Source of the DNA: Hemiscyllium ocellatum
Taxonomy: Eukaryota
Assembly (NCBI RefSeq): GCF_020745735.1
Contig: NC_083416.1
Location: 33,319,131-33,383,130, forward strand
Reading direction: 5' to 3'
Length of the DNA stretch: 64,000 nucleotides
Positions 1 to 12,266 of the stretch are shown here, one piece after another (position 1 is the stretch's first letter; every line of letters starts with the position of its first letter). The position numbers were made by a program, and so were the translations under genes. A model generated the notes under the pieces. The model saw nothing but the letters and a program-made list of their open reading frames with translations, did no database searches and was not told the DNA's origin.

Positions 1-258
1 ATGTGGGAACATCACCACCTACAAGTTTCCCTTCAAACCAATTACCATTCTGACTTGGAAATACATTGCTGTTCCTTCACTGTCACTGGGTCAAAATCCT
101 GGAATTCCCTCCCCAGAGGCATTGTGGGGCAACCTACAGCACCTTGATAGCAGAGGTTCAAGAAGGCAGCTCACTACTACCTTCTCAAGGGCAACTAATT
201 ATGGGCAATAAATGCTGGCCAGTCAGTGACACCCACTTCCTATAAGTGAATGAAAGAA
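1..258 (+). mobile_element. 3' end of a non-LTR retroelement (CR1-clade LINE tail)
   Basis: Typical tail ...ttcaagaaggcagctcac...gggcaataaatgctggcc...gaatgaaagaaa. Same family as 10925-11480. Confidence 0.65.
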
Positions 259-2462
259 ACTCCATTTCACAATTGGCTGCAAAATACTTTGTGCAATCAT
301 GCAAGTCTGAAAGAGATGACATAATTGTTTCCTTTTTCTTTCTTGTTTACCAGTAAAGTTACTTGCAGTTTCATATTTGAGGGATAACCATAGCATCATG
401 GAATAATGCAAAATTGAAAGAGATCTTTGGACTATAGTGCCTGTGATGACTCTATGAAATCAAAGTCCCACTCTGCTGCATTTCCCTAGCTGTGTAATAA
501 AAGCTAACAGCATACTGAAGATAGAAATTTCATTGGCATAACACAAAAAAAACTTAAGAGATGCAAACACATGGCAAACACTAACAGTGTGTACACAAAT
601 GCACTCACAGTTTCACACGCTCATTTAATGAATCCTCATTAGGCCTCTTGTCACAGTCATTTGGATTTATCCACAGCCATCATTTGAATTAAGTAGTAAT
701 ATAATAATTAAGACTATTGTGACGCACCGGAAGAGATTGTTAGTCAGTTAGCTTTTCACACACGATTCTAGAAGGAACCTCAATAATGAAGGTTCCTACT
801 GCTTTTAATTCTACATAAAACCAAACAGAGGCAACCTTAATCAAAAATATCTGTCCAGTTAGTTACTAAAATAAAACTAGAAAGTTCTGAAAGAAAGGTG
901 ATCAAGTTCAGATTTAGTGTTGCTTTTTCTTGCTGCAGCCTCGATGGGTCTCTTCTGTACTGTACAGTTTTGTGAAGTAACACTTGAAGTTTAAGAACCT
1001 CACTGGATTCATTAGTCAGAATTTGTTATAATCAAACTCTCTCAGAGTAGTCAGTTGTTAGTCTCTTTTTTGCTAACATTTACTTTCTTTCTCAAGCACA
1101 TTGCCATTTTGAACCTTGAAAAGACAGCATTCATTCCAGATCTATGTACTTCAGATGATTGGAGTTGTTCATGGTCTTCTGCCGTATATATCAGGTGGGG
1201 TTTTTCTTTCAATTTAAATAGTGATTCTGCTAATCAGCTTGCTGACAGCTGCCTACAAAGACTTTGCAGACTTTTGATTGGAGATTGACTCCAATCCAGC
1301 GAAGCCCCTTCTACAGCACGTGTGATGCTTATGAACATGGCAAGGGAAAAGGAAGACTCTTCAGCCAATTGGGCTGAAGAATCCTCATTGAGGCATACTA
1401 GACTGAAATTCCCTGAGAGTTTCTGAAATTGTCTCAAATACAGTTAGGAAGAAATTTCATCTAGTTCCAATTTAGTAGCATATTCTATTTTTTTGCTGAT
1501 CAATATTTTATACAGCAACGCTAAATTTACATAAGTATCTTCAGAAGTGTGAAAGTTAGGAATTAGATGCATTAGTCTGATTTGATATTGTTAACTGTCT
1601 TGCATTACTTCATTCAAAAATCTTAATTTAGGAAATGTATTCGTAATGTAGATTTTGAGATATGAACACCATGAAAAATAAATTTGTGTTTATAACCTGA
1701 ATTAAAGTTATATTAGGTTGCGTGTAGACTTATGTCCATATATTTCTAGAAAGCAACATTAACACATTAAACTGAAACAAAAAGCCTGCACAGAGTTTCT
1801 GGAAAATCTTTGATATATAGATTACATTTCCTCACATTGAGGCAGGTATTTTCCAAATACTGCTCGCTACTTAACTCACAAGCAATGAAGCCATGAGTAA
1901 ATTATACCCATTAGAATAATGAATAGATGACACATTTCACAGGTTTAATGATTTAGCAAAAGCAAATGACTGTGCTAGCCTCCATAAATTATGCTGTTCA
2001 GACTCAAGGGACAAAGTGTGTGTCTTCACTCATTTCTCAATAAATCAGTGTAACTGAAATTGTATCTGATCTCTGAGCAGACCATTTGCCGTACAATTGT
2101 TTTAAGATTCAGTCAGGTTACTCTATTCAACACAACTTCAGTAAATTCCACTTTTGAGTACTCCTGTTTTCAGGCACAGTAAATATTTCATAAAACACAA
2201 GTCCTAATTTGGTTTGCAAATCTAATGGCTAGGATTATTGCAGTTGTAATAACGGATAAAATGTGGATGTTTTCCATCCTTTTCCAACTGAAACTGATTA
2301 ACTCTGGATGTCTGTGCATGCAAGGAATAACTCAGAAATTCAAAGGTTACTGTCAAAGATTCTAAGCTACTCCAGATGTTGTGCTGTTGATGCATTCCAA
2401 GAGTGCAATCAATGAGCTATCTTATGAATTAACACAAATTTATGTTCATCTACCTGTAGAAA

Positions 2463-2661
2463 ATTACACAACACCAGGTTATAGTCCAACAGGTTTAATT
2501 GGAAATACACTAGCTTTCGGAGCACCGCTCCTTCATCAGGTGGTTGTGCGACGCTCTGAAAGCTAGTGTGCTTCCAATTAAACCTGTTGGACTATAATCT
2601 GGTGTTGTATGATTTTTAACTTTGTACACCACAGTCCAACATCAGCATCTCCAAATCATGA
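2463..2661 (+). mobile_element. Short fold-back Penelope-like element, family A
   Basis: Inverted arms at about 2463-2522 and 2555-2616, plus an unpaired ~45-nt 3' tail. 13-bp TSD CTACCTGTAGAAA at 2450-2462 and 2662-2674. Same sequence as the termini of the large PLE at 11979-15799. Confidence 0.9.
2508..2542 (-). ncRNA. Minimal type I hammerhead ribozyme motif (family A)
   Basis: Minus strand reads CAC-CTGATGA-A-GGAGC-GGT-GCTCC-GAA-AGCT-A-GTG: stem I CAC/GTG, stem II GGAGC/GCTCC, palindromic stem III AGCT, UA cleavage site. Confidence 0.8.
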
Positions 2662-5600
2662 CTACCTGTAGAAAGCCTTGAAAAATTACACCTGCTTTAT
2701 TTAACATTGGACTAATTTTATAATTACTGTTAACATTATCAGATTTCTACTTGTGGAATGTTAACTTTATCCATAATAATGAAAACATTTACATAATTTA
2801 TAAGGAATGAACATTTCGGTGTCTATACTCTAGTTTCTATCTTAATCCCAAAACAATTACTTATTTCACTGTTTGAAGATTTAAGTTAAATGGAAAAGAT
2901 ATTAATTATTTTGAACTTATTGCTTTGTGGTTGGTGAGAATATTTCAGAATGCTTAGCTTCCTACCAGTTTGATTGAACTCTAATGGCTTCCTACCAGCC
3001 ATTCGTCACCAGGTTTAAATGGTCATTGAGAAAAAGGGAAGGTTATCACTGGATCTTAGAAGGCAGCCTTCATTGAGGTCAATTGTGAGCACTGTTATCT
3101 CTATACTGGCAGCAACATTGAGTCCATTGTATTCTGAGGTAGAAGAATGATAAATAGCTTGTAAATACTGTGAAAACGTCTGACTGTCGCTATCAAGGAA
3201 GTTACTACTATTTCATGAACCTGTTATATACACGTTAATATATACCTGTTGTATATGCATTAATAAATGAAATGCCAGTGCAAACATATCATATAAAAAG
3301 AAATAATTCTCATCCATTAATAGTGATGCTTTCACAATCAAAATATTAATAGTTCTGTTCTGCCATGGATACTGATTGAAATGCTAAGTATGTTCAGCTT
3401 TAACATTTTTGTTTTCAATTTTCAGATTTTAGATTTTTTTTTACATTATTGAATGTTAGTGCTTTTTAATTCTCTACGAGGTAGTGAGTTCTGGATTTAA
3501 TACTTCATTTGTCATTTCAACAAATTAGAAAAAGAAACATTAAAGGGAAAGAAAAATCAATGTTAGAAATTTCAAGAATCACAAGTAGCATAACATTGAA
3601 TTTTTCATATTTCCAAATAAATCTAGACCAGCTCTAAATGTGAGAGACACTCAGTATTTGGAACTTAATAGAAGAACTTTGTGACAATGATGGATTCACC
3701 AAAACATATTACACAATATGTGAATGCTATGATGCCAAGGTGAGAAAGCTGGAAGGCATTCTGTATCTTCAGAATAAACTCTAAGATATTACCTAAACTG
3801 CTGTTAACAATGAAACTATCTTCAGCTGTAAAATAAATTTATAGAGTGCACTATAATGAGCTTGTTCACTAGAAGGTTTTTGCACCAGTCATTATCTTGC
3901 CGATAATGAGAGAAAAAAAGATGAACTGCACTGATGCATTTATTCAAAGCCAATTAATACACTTCAGATATAATTAGTATGCACGTCAAGCTATTCATAG
4001 TCTGGCTGAATAAGTGAAAGCCAAATGGCATGGTTCTGAATGCAAGGAATGAATTTTGCCATGCTATATTTGATGCAGAGTTGATTCTGCTAACCAATAC
4101 TTCAATGCCATCTCCAGCACCTGAAAAATTTAAGTGAAGACTTGAAAGTCTTTTAGTTTAGAATACTAATGAATTAGACAGTAGTCAGATACTGCCAACC
4201 CTGATTAAATGATGATAATGAGAAAGTATTGAACTTATCTTTCTCCTTATTCAGTTAAAGGAAGGAATGCATAGTTTAATAGTTAATAAAGTTAAAATAA
4301 CATTTAGATGTTTCACCAACTCAGATCAAGATATCAGGAGAATTCCTCAAATTACTACAAGTTGTCATTTGCTCTTCTTTGTGGCACACTGGAGAATTAA
4401 GTTGATGTCACATGGGATTAACATGAGTGATGCTTGTTCAAGAGAAACATCTTTCAAGGACCAGAATAAAATATTTTGAAATAATTCAAGGCGTCCTTTT
4501 AACTTCTAAATCTAAAGGAAAACTTGCAGGGAGATTATCTTTCTGTAAATGGGTCAACATGTGGTTGATCCTCGAGATCTATAACTGTAAAGATATTTTT
4601 TAAAACTCACTTGCACCTGTATTTCTGCTTTGACACATTTCAAATGATTCATCTCAAGAATGAATCTCACTGTGTAAAGTGCTTCAAGTTTAATTAATGC
4701 ACACTAAAAGCTCAAGGGGATTATATTGCATCAAATCTGATTTGTTCTGCTGCGTCTATGCAAATACTTCATTTCATTCACTTGTAAGCCATGTGGCGCT
4801 CAAACTGCATTCAGTGGTGCAAAATGAGAATCACCATCATCTTTCTTCATCCTGTCATTTAGCTCTGTGCTGGACCTTTCAACTAAAATACAACAGAAAT
4901 GCATAAATATTTCATTCATGATGCATTTTGGCCTGCTTATGCTATAAACACTTGCTGAAGGTACTATTATCAACTTTGTAGGACAAAGCCGTGGCTCTAA
5001 TTTACTCCTTTCTTGGTACAAAATAGACAAGAACTACAATGTACCTTCTCCAGCACAAGATGGAATGTTCCAAACTCCTTATAACGGAGATGGCAATTTG
5101 TTCATGACATGGGTTGCATTCTTCCACGATATTCAGAGCGCTAATATGAGTAACCTAACTAGAAGTATAGCTGTTGCCTAGCCTGCTGGAGTCCATGGAC
5201 ACAATCTTGAAAGGCAAATATAGGAAATGGAAAACCATAGATATAAGGCATGTATCTATCAATGTAAACTTTATCTCCAACGTGTACAAATCTTTTCAAT
5301 AATTTGGCTTTTTTCGTAACAAAGCCATTTCCTGGAAGTGATGAGGCCTGACTCAGTCAAACAGCTCTTAACAGGTTTCAGTCATATGGGGTTTGCATTT
5401 TGTTGTTAAGCACTTCCAGTGCAAATGGTGAAACCTCACCAAGTCAAACAGTACATGAGTAGTCTCAATTGCATGCATGTTTTTAAATGCTTCCAGTATA
5501 AGGGATGAAGCCTGATTTCAAACATCCAAATCATGTTCAGTGATTCATTTAACTCTAGGAAGAAGGGTTTTTAAGTTTCACAGTGGTAATGGTGCTGGGG

Positions 5601-6139
5601 TTCAGTGTTACTTTGTATTCACAGGACCATGTAGCTGAAAGGAGGAAACCACAGTGCAGACTGTAGATTCCAATGTTATGAGGCTGTGTATTGCAGGATT
5701 TAATGAAAACCACCAGGAGTCAGACATTTCCTAGATCAGTAATTGCATGCAAAAAGTGTGAGAAGGGCATGGAAAATGGCATTAGAAGTTAGGCAGTTGT
5801 TTTTGACTCATGTAGACTCATTGAGTGGAAGGACACTTTTCTGTGCTGTAGACCTCTAAGACAGTATATATAGATATACACTTGCAATGCTGAGGCATAC
5901 AAGACTATTGGCCAAGTGCTGGAAAATGAGATTAGAATTGTAAGTTGGTTGTTTTTAATTTGCACAGACTCAATGGACTTAAGGATCACTTCTGTGCTCC
6001 AATAACATGACCCTAACCCAGCAGCCGCCCATGCACTGCTGAAGTTTAAGAAGCAGGAGGAAAAGAAGAAATACCCATCACCAATAGACCCAGCATCATG
6101 AGATTTAGTGGCCTGCAATTGTGCAAGAATGAGCAGCAC

Positions 6140-7500
6140 ATGAAGGGGGAAGCAAGGCTCTTTAGCGCTGTCAAACAGTGGCTTTTGTTACTCAATCTTA
6201 GCCAGGTTTATCACCAAGCCTGCCTCATGAAGTTGCTTGAACAATTCTGATAGATGCTTCAGATGTGTCTTCCATGTTTGACTAAAAATCACCATATAGT
6301 CAATGTACTCCACACAATTGGGTAATCTAGAAACAACTTAATTGGTTAGACTTTTAAAATGTACCTGGTGCATTTCTCATACCAAATGGCATGGCTTTAA
6401 ACTGGTACATTCCATTCAGTGTCATGAAAGCTGAAATTTCCATTGCTCTTTCAGATAAAGGTACCTGCCAGTATCCTCTGAGTAAGTCCAACTTCAAAAT
6501 ATAAGCTGCTTGTCCCATCTTCTCAATACGGCCTTCCAAATGTGGAATAGGATATGAATCACATTTTGTGACTGCATTGACTTTGCATTAGTCTACACAT
6601 AATCATTAAGTACCATCTGGTTTTGGCACTTTTACTATGGGTGAGCTCCAATCACTACAACTCACTTTGATTATATTGTCTTTGAGCATGGCATGCCCAG
6701 CAAAATTTAATCATATGCAGCTCAGGCCAATAAAACTGCTTTTGTATTTTGGCTTGACTTTTCCACACATTCAAATGATCTTCTACTGGTAATTCATGTG
6801 CTACCCACAACACCTCCTTTCTATAACCCCCTGGTAATACAACTTGATGAACTTCTGCCCATTCGTCATCCTCCTGAACATGTGATGATCTCCATTTCCT
6901 CATCAAGATGTCATTTTTAAGGTAGTAACATTCAGATTCTTTTTCTGTGTATGATTTTTGACTAACTGCTTCAGTCTTTCATCTTTCTGATGTAATTCAG
7001 CTAATTTCTCTGAACTAAAAATATCCACTTTATCCTCTAACTCTTCCTTTTTTTTCCTCAACCCTTTGATCAAACATTGTTTCTGATAATTGTACATCAG
7101 CATCCTTAACTTTATGTTTTGATTTCTCCTTCTCCTTCAACCTGTGGCTTTGTGATCTTGTTACCACGCGGTCAGAAAAATATATGGGGACATATTTCCT
7201 GCAACACCTCAGTTTCCTGATTTTCCACTGGCTTTTCAACCACAGCAGCGACATTGTTCCCAAGGATAAACTGTATTACTGGAACCGAGAATTTCTCTAT
7301 TACTCCTAACACCACTTCACCACTTATTACTGGACTCTCCAACCTCACTTTATATAATGGAAGACTGCCCTTCTCTTCATGAATTCCACATATTAACATC
7401 ATTTCTAGCAATATTCCTTCTGAATTACATATCTCCTTACCTCACACCATCAAAGGTTGACTTACTTCTGTATCTCTTAAAAAAATAACTTCTTTATATG
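6140..7500 (-). mobile_element. Decayed Ty3/Gypsy pol fragment, Gmr1-type domain order
   Basis: In reading order: protease C-half (LYKVRLESPVISGEVVLGV..FILGNNVA), VVTRSQ, integrase Zn-binding region (VAHE..HLNVWKSQAKIQKQFYWP..C..C), then RT (DLLRGYWQVPL..MPFGMRNAPGTF, YID). Confidence 0.85.
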
Positions 7501-7509
7501 CTCCTGCTG

Positions 7510-7770
7510 TTTGATTTCAGCCTCAGGAGGCTGTCTGTGGTTAATATACACATTCCCCCTGTTTCTGCATGGGTTCCCTCCCACAGTCCAAAGATGTGCA
7601 GGTGAGGTGGATTGGCCACTCTACATAGCCCATTCTGTCCAGGGATTTGCAGGCTAGGTAGATTAGCCACAGGAAAATGTGGAATTAGGGAGATAGGGTT
7701 GGGATGCTCTTTGGATGGTTGGTGTGGACTCGATGGGATGAATGGCCTGCTTCCACACTTTAGAGATTTG
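7510..7770 (+). mobile_element. Decayed HE1-type V-SINE
   Basis: V-domain ttccctcccacagtccaaagatgtgcaggtgaggtggattggcc, followed by a CR1-derived tail. Confidence 0.75.
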
Positions 7771-7771
7771 C

Positions 7772-7880
7772 ATTGAATTCAAATTCCACTATCTGCCATG
7801 GTGGGATTTGAGCCCAGATCCCCAGAACATTAACTTGCTCTCCAGATTAATAGTCTAGTGCTAATATCACTAGACCATCA
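7772..7880 (-). mobile_element. tRNA-derived SINE head fragment (DeuSINE/SacSINE-like)
   Basis: Reverse complement gives ...tgttctggggatctgggctcaaatcccaccatggcagatagtggaatttgaattcaa, matching 44600-44660. Confidence 0.6.
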
Positions 7881-8330
7881 CCTTCCCTTTTTGCTTTGTG
7901 CTGCTTCTGTTAAGATTCATTATTATTTCTTGGATCTTCTGAAAGGAGGATAGTCTTAGCAGTACTGTAGACAGGAGCTGCATGTCAGGACCATGCATAA
8001 GTCCCAGTGTAACTGATTCCATGGGAATTGTCCAGTGATTTTGAACTTCTGTTGGGTAATTCCTTGGCACTTAAATCTCTCAGAAAAAGTTCCCAATTCT
8101 GAATTAGAGTGGAAGATTTTAGAAAGTTCTGACTGACTGAATTTCATTGTTAACCTGTTCTGACTCCTGGTTTAACTATCAAACTGAACTCCCTGACTCA
8201 CCATTGATTCCTCACCACCCACTCCCCAAAAGTCCCATGGAGCCAGAACCCCACATCCCTTCGTTCTGTACATGGCCCCTTGACACCTCCTCAAACCAAC
8301 CCTGATGTAATCCTTACAACTCTCAACCAT

Positions 8331-8858
8331 GCGTGCAATTCTGGTCTCCTTCCTATCGGAAAGATGATATGAAACTTGAAAGGGTTCAGAAAAGATTTAC
8401 AAGAATGTTGCCAGGGTTGGAGGATTTGAGCTATAAGGAGAGGCTGTACAGGCTGGGGCTGTTTTCCCTGGAGCATCGGAGGTTGAGGGCTGACCTAATA
8501 GAGGTTTACAAAGTTATGAATGGCATGGATAGGATAAATAGACAAACTCTTTTCCCTGGGGTCGGAGAGTCCAGAACTAGAGAGCATTGGTTTAGGGTGA
8601 GAGGGGGAAAGAGACGTAAGGGGCAACTTTTTCACATAGAGGGTGAAATGAGCTGGAATGAGCTGCCAGAGAAAGTGGTGGAGGCTGGTGCAATTGCAAC
8701 ATTTAAAAGGCATTTGGATGGGTATATGAATAGGAAGGGTTTGGAGGGATATGGGCCGGGTGCTGGCAGGTGGGACTAGATTGCATTGGGATATTGAGTC
8801 AGCATGGACGGTTGGACGGAAGGGTCTGTTTCCATGCTGTACATCTCTATGACTCTAT
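8331..8858 (+). mobile_element. CR1 LINE 3' fragment
   Basis: ORF2 C-terminus QFWSPSYRKD..LERVQKRFTRMLPGL..WNELPEKVVEA and a ctatgact-type tail. Confidence 0.92.
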
Positions 8859-9769
8859 CCCTGCAACTGACACCATGGCTCAATCTATTCATCTTGCACC
8901 TGTCAGCTCCCCCAACTCCATCTGATCTGTCAAGCTAACCCCCTTCGATTTGCCCCTCTTCACTCTAACACACACTGACAGCCCTCAACTACCCTTATCG
9001 TGCCAATTCCCCAACCTATCCTAGCCCTCATCCATTTGCTTGCTACTCTACTCTGTCATGTAACTGGCACATAGAGTCTTTGCGCACCTGTCCAATGTAA
9101 CAATCACCCACCTGGTCCCCTACCACCTCAAGTACCTGTCATTTTACTTATTCATCTACCTGGCACCTGTAAGTCTTCACAAACTTGGTATCAAACCCCT
9201 GACCTAATTTCCACTCTGTTCCACCATCCACTTGAGACTTTAACATGCCACCTCACACATTTGCCACCCTACTCCCTCACTTATCTCTCACCTGTACACT
9301 CTGCCTCAGTCTTCCCATCCCACCTCACTTACATATCTCACTTGTCTTTGTTCAAAGTGCTTTAAGACTTTTAATCTGTAGAACTATTTTTGAAAAGGGG
9401 GCATGATTCCTATTTCAATCCTCTTTCTTGCTGCTACCTCTGAAGATTGTTGGACTGAGAGGGGTACTTGGGGATACTTAAACAATCAATGGTTTCACAC
9501 AGAGAAAAAAACTGGAAGTAACTGGGATGAGTCAGCATAGTTTAATCAATGGGAAATCATAGTTAACCAATTCATTGGAATTCATTAATAAAGGAAATAA
9601 TGGAGAGCTTGTAGAAATTCTGTTTGGATTTGCAGATGGTATTTGGTAAGTTTCCACATAAAATGTTATTCTGGAAAATTAAAGCTCATGTTGTAGGAGG
9701 TAACATAATAGCTGAAAATGTGTTGCTGGTTAAAGCGCAGCAGGTCAAGCAGCATCCAAGGAACAGGAA

Positions 9770-9805
9770 ATTCGACGTTTCGGGCAAAAGCCCTTCATCA
9801 GGAAT
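9770..9805 (-). ncRNA. Minimal hammerhead ribozyme motif (family B, left arm)
   Basis: ATTC-CTGATGA-A-GGGC-TTTT-GCCC-GAA-ACGT-C-GAAT: complete core, stem I ATTC/GAAT. Confidence 0.85.
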
Positions 9806-9813
9806 GAAGGGCT

Positions 9814-9847
9814 TTCCTGATGAAGGGCTTTTGCCCGAAACGTCGAA
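9814..9847 (+). ncRNA. Minimal hammerhead ribozyme motif (family B, right arm)
   Basis: TTC-CTGATGA-A-GGGC-TTTT-GCCC-GAA-ACGT-C-GAA. Confidence 0.82.
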
Positions 9848-10247
9848 TTTCCTGTTCCTTGGATGCTGCCTGACCTGCTGCGCTTTAACCAGCAACACAT
9901 ATTCAGCTCTGATCTCCAGCATCTGCAGACCTCACTTTTTACTCGGAGGTAACATAATAGCGTGGATAGTAGATTGGCTGGCTGGCAGAAAGCAAAGCAT
10001 GCATCAGTGAACCTCTACCTGATTGGCAGGGTGTGATGAGTAGAGGACTGCTGGATCTGTGCAGAGGATGTCTGAACATTTCCAATTTATATCAAAGACT
10101 TAGGTGAGAGGAGTGAAAGCACATTAGAAACATTCATAGAAGACACTGAGAGAGGTCAGAAAATATGTTGTGAAGATAATTAATGAAGCTGCAAATGAAT
10201 ATAAATAGTTTGAGTGAGTGGTCAAAAATCTGGAAGATGGAATCTAA

Positions 10248-10337
10248 TGGTTTGGGGCTTTCATGAAGAGTGTTCCATCAAGTTCCTGACCTGTGCCTTG
10301 ACAATGGTGGATAGGCACTGGGCAGAAGAGAAGTGAT
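10248..10337 (-). repeat. 90-bp inverted copy of 10954-11043
   Basis: Reverse complement of 10954-11043 with 3 mismatches, inserted into the CR1 sequence. Confidence 0.92.
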
Positions 10338-10924
10338 GTGGGAAAATGCAACATTATTCATTTTAGCAAGATAAATGGAAAAGCAGAGAATTGTTTAAAT
10401 AGTGAACAATTGCAGAATGCCATGGTACAAGAGGGATTTGCGTGTTTTGGTGCATGAAGCATGAAGTTAATATGTAGGTATAGCACATAATCAAGAAGGC
10501 TAATGAGCTACTATACTATTTTACAAGTGAAATTGACCTAAGGATGTTATGCTTCAGTTTTTCAGGGCATTAGTGAGACCACATTTTGAATACTGTGCAG
10601 TTTTGGTCTCCTTATTTAAGGAAGGGTGTAAATACATTGTAGGTGGCTCAGAGAAAGTTTACTAGATTCATACCTTGAATAAAAGGTTATCTTATAAGAT
10701 TAGGTCAGACAGGCTAGACTTACTTCCACCAGAGTTTAGATGAGAAAATGGTCTTAACAAGGTGGACATGGAAAGAATGTTTCCTCTTGTGGATAAATCA
10801 CAAAAAAGATCAGCCATGATTCAGGCATCTTGTCAAATGGTGGAATAGGTTTGAGAGACCAAATGGTCAACTTCTGCTCCTGTTTCCTATATCTGTATAT
10901 AAATACTAAGGCTACAAGTGCAGG

Positions 10925-11480
10925 TTAGTGGCTAGGAGTTCTGTGGTAAGCAAATCACTTCTCTTCTGCCCAGTGCCTATCCACCCTTGACAAGGCACAG
11001 GTCAGGAACTTGATGGAACACTCTTCATGAAAACCCCAAACCACTCGGGAAACCTGACAACATCTATGCAACAGCAGCCACTTGTTTGGCACTACCTTGA
11101 ACAGTCACCTTGAACAGTGGCAGCAGTATTGTACCTGCTACAAGTTGCTCTGCAGCACCTTACCCTGTCTCCTTTGACAGCACCTTCTGAGCCTGTGACT
11201 TCCACTATCCAGAAGGACAAGAGCAACAGACACATGGAAACATCATCCACTGCAGGTTTCCCTCCAATATAGACACCATCCTGACTTTGAATTCTATTAC
11301 TTGTTCCTTCACTGCCACCAAAAGAAAATCCTGAATTTTACTTCCTAACAACACTTTGGGTGTCCCTGCATACCAAGAACTGCAATGGTTTTATAAAAGG
11401 TGTTCACCAGGGCAGTTAGAGATGGGCAATGAAAGCTGGCCAAACGTGCAATGTCAATATGCCACGTATGAATAAAAGAA
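10925..11480 (+). mobile_element. Decayed LINE 3' fragment (same family as 1-258)
   Basis: Contains acaaggcacaggtcagga..gatggaacactc and the tail gggcagttagagatgggcaatgaaagctggcc...atgaataaaag. Confidence 0.65.
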
Positions 11481-11883
11481 CTCAACACGTAGATAACATG
11501 TGATCATTTGTTGCATTTTAAAGCAAATAATTATGACTTCCCCTTTCTTTAATTAATTGAATAATGCATTGTTTCTGACTGAGGTTTTGAATGTCATAAT
11601 TGTCATAAATGCTGAGATGATAATCTCTGTATTGTGCGCAAGTTATATGAAAATAAAAAGATATAGCATGCAAGTTAATACTCAGAACTTCTGAAGCCTT
11701 CATTCTGTGATAATCCATTTGCATTGGAGGCACCACAATCAGGGGATGGTTACTGAGTGACCAAGTCTATCCTTTGACATGTGTCCTGAGTCCATGGGCA
11801 AGGTCACATTTAAATAAAATGTCACATAGTCACAACAAACGTAGCACAAAACTACATAAAGTGCACAACTGCACTTCTGCAGT

Positions 11884-11978
11884 GTGGACTACTTTATAAG
11901 AGTCCTACAGTATTGGGCCAAACTCATATCAATCATCATGATGGCCTGTTGCATGCTACACAATATCATCATGATCAA
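11884..11978 (+). mobile_element. PIF/Harbinger transposase C-terminal relic, split by the large PLE and resuming at about 15790-15880
   Basis: LQY..KLISIIMMACCMLHNI resembles the Harbinger DDE ACCxLHN motif. An acidic tail (PAEREEEEG) follows after the insertion. Confidence 0.6.
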
Positions 11979-12266
11979 GTTAAAAATCACACAACACCAG
12001 GTTATAGTCCAACAGGTTTATTCGGAAGCACTAACTTTCGGAACGCTACTCCTTCATCAGGTGGTTGTGGAGTTTAAGATTGTAAGACACAGAATTTATA
12101 GCAAATGTTTACAGTGTGATGTAACTGGAATTATATATTGAAAAGGACCTGGATTGTTTGTTAAGACTCACCTTTTAGAATGAACATGTTGGTTTCAGTT
12201 CTTTCATATGTAAATCGCAAAACTTTTTTAAAGTTACATTCTCAACTGAACTTTAACAATTGGTGT

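Larger units (their letters stand above)
9713..9944 (+). mobile_element. Short fold-back Penelope-like element, family B (young)
   Basis: Near-perfect ~90-bp inverted arms and a 3' tail. 17-bp TSD GGAGGTAACATAATAGC at 9696-9712 and 9945-9961. Confidence 0.9.
9480..10880 (+). mobile_element. Old degenerate CR1 ORF2 3' part
   Basis: Decayed RT motifs (agtcagcatagtttaatcaatgggaaatc for SQHGF; gtgagaccacattttgaatactgtgcag for VRPHLEYC). Interrupted by a PLE and by a templated insertion. Confidence 0.8.

Noticed and set aside
1051-1437. Possible selenoprotein or readthrough ORF (single in-frame TGA)
   Set aside because: No recognisable homology, no ATG start and no SECIS identified. It is compatible with chance.
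4948-5181. Stop-free plus-strand stretch of 77 codons with an AG at ~4981
   Set aside because: No recognisable protein and no convincing donor site.
9624-10010. Mirror-image ORFs (9624+, 9686-, and likewise 36341-/36450+) encoding the same peptide on both strands
   Set aside because: They are an artefact of the palindromic PLE insertions, not genes.
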